NCBI RefSeq assembly: GCF_006345805.1 | Contig: NC_043000.1 | Span: 81,716,001 to 81,780,000 of the forward strand | Source of the DNA: Octopus sinensis | Lineage: Eukaryota | DNA: 64,000 nt | Direction of reading: 5' to 3' | Shown: in pieces, positions 53,690 to 64,000 of the stretch | How positions within the stretch are numbered: the stretch's first letter is position 1 | Layout: each line of letters opens with the position of its first letter | Notes under the pieces: model-generated | Told to the model about the DNA's origin: nothing | Seen by the model: the letters and a program-made list of their open reading frames with translations, nothing else | The model's database searches: none | Made by a program: the position numbers and the translations under genes

Positions 53690-54690
53690 AAGGCAGTGAG
53701 CTGGCAGAATTGCTACTGTACGAGGCAAAATGTTCAGTGTCATTTTGTTCGTCTATGTTCTGAGTTCAAATTCTACCGAAGTCAACTTTGCCTTTCAACC
53801 CTTTCAGGGTAGATAAAATAAGTACCAGTTGAGCACTGGGGTCACTGTAATCAACTTAGCCCCTCCCCCAAACCTTGCTAAACTTCTGTCAAAATTTGAA
53901 GCCAATATATTTAGGTAGTGGATTGGCAAAATCATTAGAACGTTGGAAACAACGACTTCCTATATTTCTTCCAGTTCTTTACATTCTCAAGTCCAAATCC
54001 TGTCATCCTTTTATGAGTCAATAAGAACATCAGTCTAAAACTAAAAAGACAATATAATCAACTAGCTCCTTCCTTCAAATTTCAAGACATGTGAATAATG
54101 CTTTGCAATATTTCTTCTGAATCTTAATGTTCTAAGTTCAAATTATGTTGAGATCAACTTTACCTTTCATCTCCCCTGAGTTGATATAACAAACTACAAT
54201 TAGTGTTGATTGTATCAACTACTCTTCCTTAAAACTGCTGGCCTTAAGGTGACAAGCTTACAAAATCATTAGCACGCTGAGCAAAATGCATAGCAGTGTT
54301 TCATCTATATTTATGCTCTGGATTCAAATTTCATCTAAGTCAACATTGCCTTTCATACTTTTGGGGTTGATGAAATAAGTACTAGTTAAGCTCTGGGGTT
54401 GATATAATCAGCATGTCTCGTCCTCCAAAATTTTAGGTCTTGTGCACATAGCAGAAATAATGTTTTACCATTATTATTATTGTGGAAGCGAGTTGGCAGA
54501 ACCATCAGCAAGCTGGGCAAAAAGCCTAGCAGGATTTCATCCATCCTTTTGTTCTGAGTTCAAATTATGTCACGGTTGACTTTGTCTTTCATCTTTTTGA
54601 GGTCAATAAAATAAGTACCAGTTAAGCATTGGGGTTGATGAAATCAACTAGTGCACTCTCACAAAATTTGAGTCCCTGTGCCAACTTCAG
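53690..54690 (+). mobile_element. Tandem train of about five family A SINE copies
   Basis: Head-to-tail copies at ~53690, 53915, 54095, 54245, 54482. Confidence 0.75.
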
Positions 54691-54785
54691 AATGAAATAT
54701 TATCATCATCATGAGCTTACTAGGCAAATGCCTTCACTCACTAGCATTCAAGCCCCTTCCCAACAGATTATTTTTCTCTCAGCAT

Positions 54786-55378
54786 ATGCTACATGGCAGT
54801 GAAACATGGGCCGTGACTGCTGAGGACATGCGTAAGCTCATGAGGAATGAAGCCAGTATGCTCCGATGGATGTGTAATGTCAGTGTACTTACTCGACAGA
54901 GCGTTAGTTCCTTGAGAGAAATGTTGTACCTAAGAAGCATCAGTTGTGGTGTGCAAGAGAGACGATTGCGCTGGTATGGTCATGTGGCGAGAATGGTTGA
55001 AGATAGGTGTGTGAGAAAGTGCCAATCCCTAGCAGTTGAGGAAAACCTGGGACGAGGTGGTGAAGCACGACCTTCGAACGTTAGGTCTCACCATGGAAAT
55101 GACTAGAGACCGAGACCTATGGAAGTATGCTGTGCGTGAGAAGACCCGGCAAGACTAGTGAAGCCATAACCCATGGCCCCTACCTGGGACGTAGTCAGTC
55201 CACCTGGCACATAAAATCACCCACTACACTCTCGGAGTGGTTGGCGTTAGGAAGGGCATCCAGCTGTAGAAACACTGCCAGATCTGACTGGCCTGGTGCA
55301 GCCTTCGGGCTTGCCAGACCCCAGTTGAACCATCCAACCCATGCTAGCATGGAAAGCGGACGTTAAACGATGATGATG
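54786..55378 (+). mobile_element. RTE 3' fragment, same family, with internal deletions
   Basis: [18 protein letters not shown]...RRLRWYGHV, then 3' UTR start, terminal domain and gatgatgatg tail. Confidence 0.92.
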
Positions 55379-56696
55379 AAGTCAGGAAGCCTCTACAGTT
55401 CTTCCTCATCGCTTCACTTTTGCAGGGTATTCCAACAACCCATTAAAAACCTTTGTGAACAGGTTATGTCTTCATGGTAAATCAGTTCTGCTGAGCCCAT
55501 CCCTCCCTAAGCTCTACAACCTAGAAAAAGAGTTGAACTTAGCACTGTTGAATAACAAACACTCAACAATAGTAAATAAATTGATGGTCACCTGACTCAT
55601 ATTTACAGTTAGTTGAACTGGGTTATATGACAGCTAAATGCTTGAACTTTTTCTTTTTTCTTTCACTCATTCCATACGCTGACTGTGGTTTTGTCACACA
55701 CGTTTTAAATTATTATATCAAATATTTGCTGGCTAAAACTGAACCATACCATTGATACCAAATTATCCTTAAATCTCACAATCTATCCCTGGCAAGGTAA
55801 GTTTGGAATAGCTATGAGTGTGCTCACACAAATAACAGAAACTGAAGTTTATGGTCCTTGGTTATATTCCTTTATGTTCTGAGATCAGATCTTGCTAAGG
55901 TTTACTTCATCATTTATCCTTCATGGGTCAATAAAAAGCACCAGTCATGTACTGAAGTCTAACTTCTCTCTCTCTCTTCCAAAGATTTGCTTTTGTGCAA
56001 GAAATTTTTCTTCTTATTCTTCTAATTATTATTATATATGGTGGTGGAATTGATAGAGTACATGACAAAATATTTAGTTACATCCTCTTACATTCTGAGA
56101 TCAAATCCAGTTAAGGTCAACTTTGATTTTCATCTTTCAGAGGTCAACAAAATAAGTCCAAAGTTTTGATTTATTGACCTGTGTCACTACCCACCACCTT
56201 GAAGATTGGTCAGTCCAGTGACTGATACAAGTGAAAGAATGAAATAAAAAAAAAAAAGAGGTAATAAAAGACCAAATGCAAAGAGATCTTACAGACACAG
56301 GCATGGCTGTGTGGACGTAGAGTTTGTTATGGAACTATATGGTTACAGGTTATAACCACTGCATGGTACCTTGAGCAATTATTTTCTTATAGACACAAGC
56401 TGACCAATACTTTGTGAATGAAACTGACAAATGCTGTAATATATGTGTGCATCTGTGTGTGATCTGCACATCTTAGCATGACATTGTTTAAGCAAAACAG
56501 TGATGTGGAGATTTACAATAGGTCTTGTAGTTCTGCACTTTCAACTTGCAACACCCAATGGAATTTTAAAAATCCCTTACTTGTAAATCAGATAAGAGCG
56601 TGAAGGGCATTGTTAGTATAATATTATCATAAGTTTTAATCTAACCTATGCTCAATCAGTCCTGATAGAGAAGACTATAATCAAGGGCATTCCTAA

Positions 56697-56961
56697 TCCT
56701 TTAGCAATTAAACCGGTCATATCCAGTCAAAATAATCTATGTGTTTTATCTTCAGACTGGCCATATCTGACCAAAATAATTACCTGTTTTATCTTGAAAT
56801 CAGCCAGATATGGCTTCTCACACTTACCCTACAAAATTATTCTAAAAATAAACAATTACATCATCAAAATCTCAGAGCATCAAGGTAATATGCATGATTA
56901 TTTCAAAACAATGTGAATAAATAAGCATCACATTTGACAAAGAAATCTAAATGCTAAAGAG
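56697..56961. mobile_element. Second copy of the piggyBac-type MITE, with internal duplication
   Basis: tcctttagcaattaaac...aatgctaaagag|ttaa; shares ccctacaa..attctaaaaataaacaat..catcatcaaaatct with 5711-5927. Confidence 0.75.
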
Positions 56962-57339
56962 TTAAGACAATACTGTGTGACTTGAGGAGAGCTGAATGGT
57001 ATTTCTAGCAGGCCAAACTACAACATACAGGCTTCCTGGACTTGCAACATGAATAAGTGAAATAGAATTATTATTATTTGAGAATATTCACCAGTGTGAA
57101 CAAAACTAGATTACCTGCTCGAATGTGTACATAGATTCAGTTATATGTAGCACATGGATTTAATAAAAAGAAACATTTGAACATATGTGAGCAAGATAAA
57201 CACATGAAGGACTTCAGACCTATGGGAACTGATCTGTTGAAAGGCATATCTTGACTTTCATATTTGGGTCACATCAAATTTTGGCACAGAAGATAAATAG
57301 TATATACGTGTATGTGTAAATATATGTACTCACACACAC

Positions 57340-58890
<1,551 letters not shown>

Positions 58891-59065
58891 CATCATCATC
58901 ATCATCATCATCATTTAACGTCCGCTTTCCATGCTAGCATGGGTTGGACGGTTCAACTGGGGTCTGGGGAGCCCGAAAGCTGCACCAGTCCAGTCAGATC
59001 TGGCAGTGTTTCTACAGCTGGATGCCCTTCCTAACGCCAACCACTCCGAGAGTGTAGTGGGTGAT

Positions 59066-59380
59066 TTTATGTGCCACCGACACAGGTGCCAGACGAGGCT
59101 GACAAACGGCCACGCTCGGATGGTTTTTTTATGTGCCACCGACACAGGTGCCAGACGAGGCTGGCAGACGGCCACGCTCGGATGGTGTTTTTATGTGCCA
59201 CCGACACAGGTGCCAGACGAGGCTGGCAGACGGCCACGCTCGGACGGTGTTTTTATGTGCCACCGACACAGGTGCCAGACGAGGCTGGCAGACGGCCACG
59301 CTCGGATGTGTGTTTTTATGTGCCACCGACACAGGTGCCAGATGAGGCTGGCAAACGGCCACGATCAGATGGTGCTTGTT
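59066..59380 (-). repeat. Five tandem copies of a ~62-bp GC-rich unit in the RTE 3' UTR
   Basis: atgtgccacc starts at 59069, 59131, 59193, 59255, 59318 (period 62,62,62,63). Confidence 0.95.
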
Positions 59381-61086
59381 ACGTGCCCACAGCACGGAGG
59401 CCAGTCGATGCGGTACTGGCTACGGCCACGTTCGGATGGTTTTCTTATGTGCCACGTGCCACCGGCACTGGTACCACAAAGATACAAATTCCATTGATGT
59501 TCATCTATTTTGATTTGTTTTGATTTGATTTGATTTTCACTTGCCTCAACAGGTCTTCACAAGTGTCACAAGAAGGAAGGTATGCACAGGTGGACTGACT
59601 ACGTCCCAGGTAGGGGCCATGGGTTATGGCCTGACTAGTCTTGCCGGGTCTTCGGATGGTGTTTTTATGTGCCACCGACACAGGTGCTAGATGAGGCTGG
59701 CGAACGGCCACGATCGGATGGTGTTTGTCATGTGCCCACCGCACTGACTACGGCACTGATGGATTTCTTGTGTGCCACAGGCACTGGTACCACAAGATAC
59801 AAATTCCATTGATGTTCATCTATTTTGTCTATTTTGATTTGATTTGATTTGATTTTGATTTTCACTTGCCTCAACCGGTCTTCACAAGTGTCACAAGAAG
59901 GAAGGAAGGTATGCACAGGTGGACTGACTAGTCTTGCCGGGTCTTCGGAAGGTGTTTTTATGTGCCACCGACACAGGTGCCAGATGAGGCTGGCGAACGG
60001 CCATGATCGGATGGTGTTTGTTACGTGCCCACAGCACGGAGGCCGGTCGATGCGGAACTGGCTACGGCCACGTTCGGATGGTTCTCATGTGTGCCACAAA
60101 GTGTGTGCCACCGGCACTGGTACCACAAAGATACAGATTCCATTGATGTTCATCTATTTTGATTTGTTTTGATTTGATTTGATTTTCACTTGCCTCAACA
60201 GGTCTTCACAAGTGTCACAAGAAGGAAGGTATGCACAGGTGGACTGACTACGTCCCAGGTAGGGGCCATGGGTTATGGCCTGACTAGTCTTGCCGGGTCT
60301 TCGGATGGTGTTTTTATGTGCCACCGACACAGGTGCTAGATGAGGCTGGCGAACGGCCACGATCGGATGGTGTTTGTCATGTGCCCACAGAACGGAGGCC
60401 AGTCGATGCGGTACTGGCTACGGCACTTTCGGATGGTTTTCTCTTGTGTGCCACCGGCACGTTCGGATGGATTCTTGTGTGCCACCGGCACTGGTACCAC
60501 AAGCGGTACTGACTACGGCCACGTTCGGATGGATTCTTGTGTGCCACCGGCACTGGTACCACAAGCGGTACTGACTACGGCCACGTTCGGATGGATTCTT
60601 GTGTGCCACTGGCACTGGTACCACAAGGATACAAATTCCATTGATGTTCATCTATTTTGATTTGTTTTGATTTGATTTGATTTTCACTTGCCTCAGCAGG
60701 TCTTCACAAGTCGGAAGGTATGTACAGGTGGACTGACTACGTCCCAGGTAGGGCCCACGGGTTATGACCTGACTAGTCTTGCCGGGTCTTCGGATGGTGT
60801 TTTTATGTGCCACCATGTTCCCACAGCACGGAGGCCAGTCGATGCGGTACTGGCTACGGCCACGTTCGGATGGTTTTCTTGTGTGCCACAGGCACTGGTA
60901 CCACAAAGATACAAATTCCATTGATGTTCATCTATTTTGATTGATTTTGATTTTCACTTGCCTCAGCAGGTCTTCACAAGTGTCACAAGAAGGAAGGTAT
61001 GCACAGGTGGATCGACTACGTCCCAGGTAGGGGCCACGGGATATGGCCTGACTAGTCCTGCCGGGTCCTCTCATGCACAGCACACT

Positions 61087-62052
61087 TCATAGGACTCGGT
61101 CTTCAGTCATTTCCTTGGTGAGACCTAAAGTTCGAAGGTCGTGCTTCACCACCTCGTCCCAGGTTTTCCTGGGTCTACCTCTTCCACAGGTTCCCTCAAC
61201 TGCTAGGTTGTAGCACTTTTGCACACAACTATCTTCAGCCATTCTCGTCACATGACCATACCAGCGCAGCCGTCTCTCTTGCACACCACAACTGACACTT
61301 CTTAGGTTCAACTTTTCTCTCAAAGTACTTACACTCTGACGATTATGAACACTGACATTACACATCCATCGGAGCATACTGGCTTCATTTCTTGCAAGCT
61401 TACGCATATCCTCAGCTGTCACGGCCCATGTTTCACTACCATGTAGCATGGCTGTACGTACACACGCATCATATAGTCTGCCTTTTACTCTTAGCGAGAG
61501 ACCTTTTGTCACCAGCAGGGGTAAGAGCTCTCTAAACTTTGCCCAGGCTATTCTTACTCTAGCAGTTACACTTTCAGCACACCCACCCCCACTACTGACT
61601 TGGTCTCCTAGGTAGCGGAAGCTATCAACTACTTCTAGTTTGTCTCCCTGGAATGTGGTAGAAGTTGGACTCTGCACATTTCCAGTGTTTATTTCTCCTG
61701 AGCATCTGCCACAGACAAAAACTATTTTCTTAGTTAGCCTTCCTTTGACATTGCTGCACCTCTTATGTGTCCATAGCTTACACTTGGTGCACCTTATAGA
61801 GTTTCTACCTACACCTTTTTTACAGATCGAGCAGGGCCATCTACCTGAAGTCGTTTGTGGTTGGTCCACCTTCCTACTTATTAGGACTTTGGTTTTGGCT
61901 AGGTTGATTCTAAGGCCCTTCGATTCTAATCCTTGTTTCCACACCTGAAACTTCTCCTCCAGTTCTGATAGTGACTCAGCAATTAGAGCAAGGTCATCAG
62001 CATATAGGAGCTCCCAGGGGCATCCTGTCTTAAATTCTTCCGTTATTGCCTG
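61087..62052 (-). pseudogene. Truncated RTE reverse-transcriptase ORF with inserted C4HC3 finger
   Basis: The real part of track ORF 61087..62784 (upstream part is translated TA microsatellite). Comparison with the 55090-55160 copy shows a 1-nt loss giving TGA just before the natural KTRQD* end. Confidence 0.9.
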
Positions 62053-63071
<1,019 letters not shown>

Positions 63072-63215
63072 TTGGTGAATTGAAGAAATGGAGCTGAACG
63101 CAGATTGAACAGAAATCGTTTTATTTCATTCTACACGTGTTTCGAAACACGTGTAGAATGAAATAAAACGATTTCTGTTCAATCTGCGTTCAGCTCCATT
63201 TCTTCAATTCACCAA
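63072..63215. repeat. Perfect spacer-less palindrome, 72-bp arms
   Basis: Axis between 63143 and 63144 (acacgtgtttc|gaaacacgtgt); pairing holds from t63072 to a63215. Confidence 0.97.
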
Positions 63216-63377
63216 TAATGTTTTAATTTCAATTATCCGCACCAACGCACGGTTGCAACGCCAGATGGTTGTACCTCCAACCGTGCTGTTCACTGCTGTG
63301 ATTTTTGCTACTAAGGTATCGGTTAAACTTTTGATTAATCTACTACAAGATTATTCATCTTTCTATTTCACATAATA

Positions 63378-63409
63378 CATATATATATATATATATATAT
63401 ATGTACATA

Positions 63410-63446
<37 letters not shown>

Positions 63447-63457
63447 GTATATATATA

Positions 63458-63509
<52 letters not shown>

Positions 63510-63530
63510 GTATATATATATAGATATATG

Positions 63531-63579
<49 letters not shown>

Positions 63580-63599
63580 GTATATATATATATTATATG

Positions 63600-63634
<35 letters not shown>

Positions 63635-63721
63635 GTATAATATATATATATGTATATATGTATATATATGTATATATGTATATATATATATATATGTAAT
63701 ATGTATATATATGTATATATG

Positions 63722-63752
<31 letters not shown>

Positions 63753-63864
63753 GTATATATGTATATATATATATGTATATATATATATATGTATATATGT
63801 ATATAATATAATATAGATATATGTATATATATATTATGTATATATGTATATATATATATATTAT

Positions 63865-63927
<63 letters not shown>

Positions 63928-64000
63928 TATGTATTATATATATATATGTATATATATATTATATATATATGTATATATATATATATATATATGTATATAT
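63378..64000. repeat. Interrupted (TA)n array, mostly G-interrupted; runs off the window
   Basis: Direct reading. Confidence 0.98.

Larger units (their letters stand above)
58891..62052 (-). mobile_element. Young 5'-truncated RTE-clade LINE (RT C-terminal half, amplified 3' UTR, (GAT)n tail)
   Basis: 322 uninterrupted codons 62052-61087 with [49 protein letters not shown]. Ends in (CAT)n at 58891-58914 on the plus strand. Both ends abut (TA)n. Confidence 0.95.

Noticed and set aside
59066-59380. Regularly spaced GC-rich repeats resembling a CRISPR array
   Set aside because: Units are contiguous near-identical tandem copies with no unique spacers, no cas genes, and lie inside a eukaryotic LINE UTR.
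58915-60924. Cluster of overlapping ORFs on both strands (MCHRHRCQ..., MPPTQVPDE...)
   Set aside because: Products of the GC-rich tandem UTR units; no domain-like content.

Overview
AT-rich eukaryotic genomic DNA that is mostly intron and repeat. The repeat landscape suggests a coleoid cephalopod, probably Octopus (inference, not a database match): RTE LINEs with (GAT)n tails, tRNA-derived SINEs and very long (TA)n arrays. One host gene is supported, on the minus strand, by four phase-compatible exons (38790-38629, 18267-17485, 8035-7975, 3476-3385). They encode the C-terminal two-thirds of a CDY/MPP8-like chromodomain followed by a long low-complexity region. Neither the first nor the last exon was found. 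The mobile DNA includes a young 5'-truncated RTE (58891-62052, minus) with a C4HC3 PHD-like finger inside its RT and a hierarchically amplified 3' UTR, plus older RTE copies. Also present are two R4/Dong 3' fragments at (TAA)n, mariner and piggyBac-type non-autonomous elements, several SINE families (some nested or in tandem trains), and multiple perfect fold-back hairpins including a spacer-less 144-bp palindrome. No tRNA/rRNA genes, CRISPR arrays or prokaryotic features are supported. Most ORFs in the supplied track are microsatellite artefacts. Repeat boundaries are approximate (about +/-10-20 bp) unless a junction is quoted.
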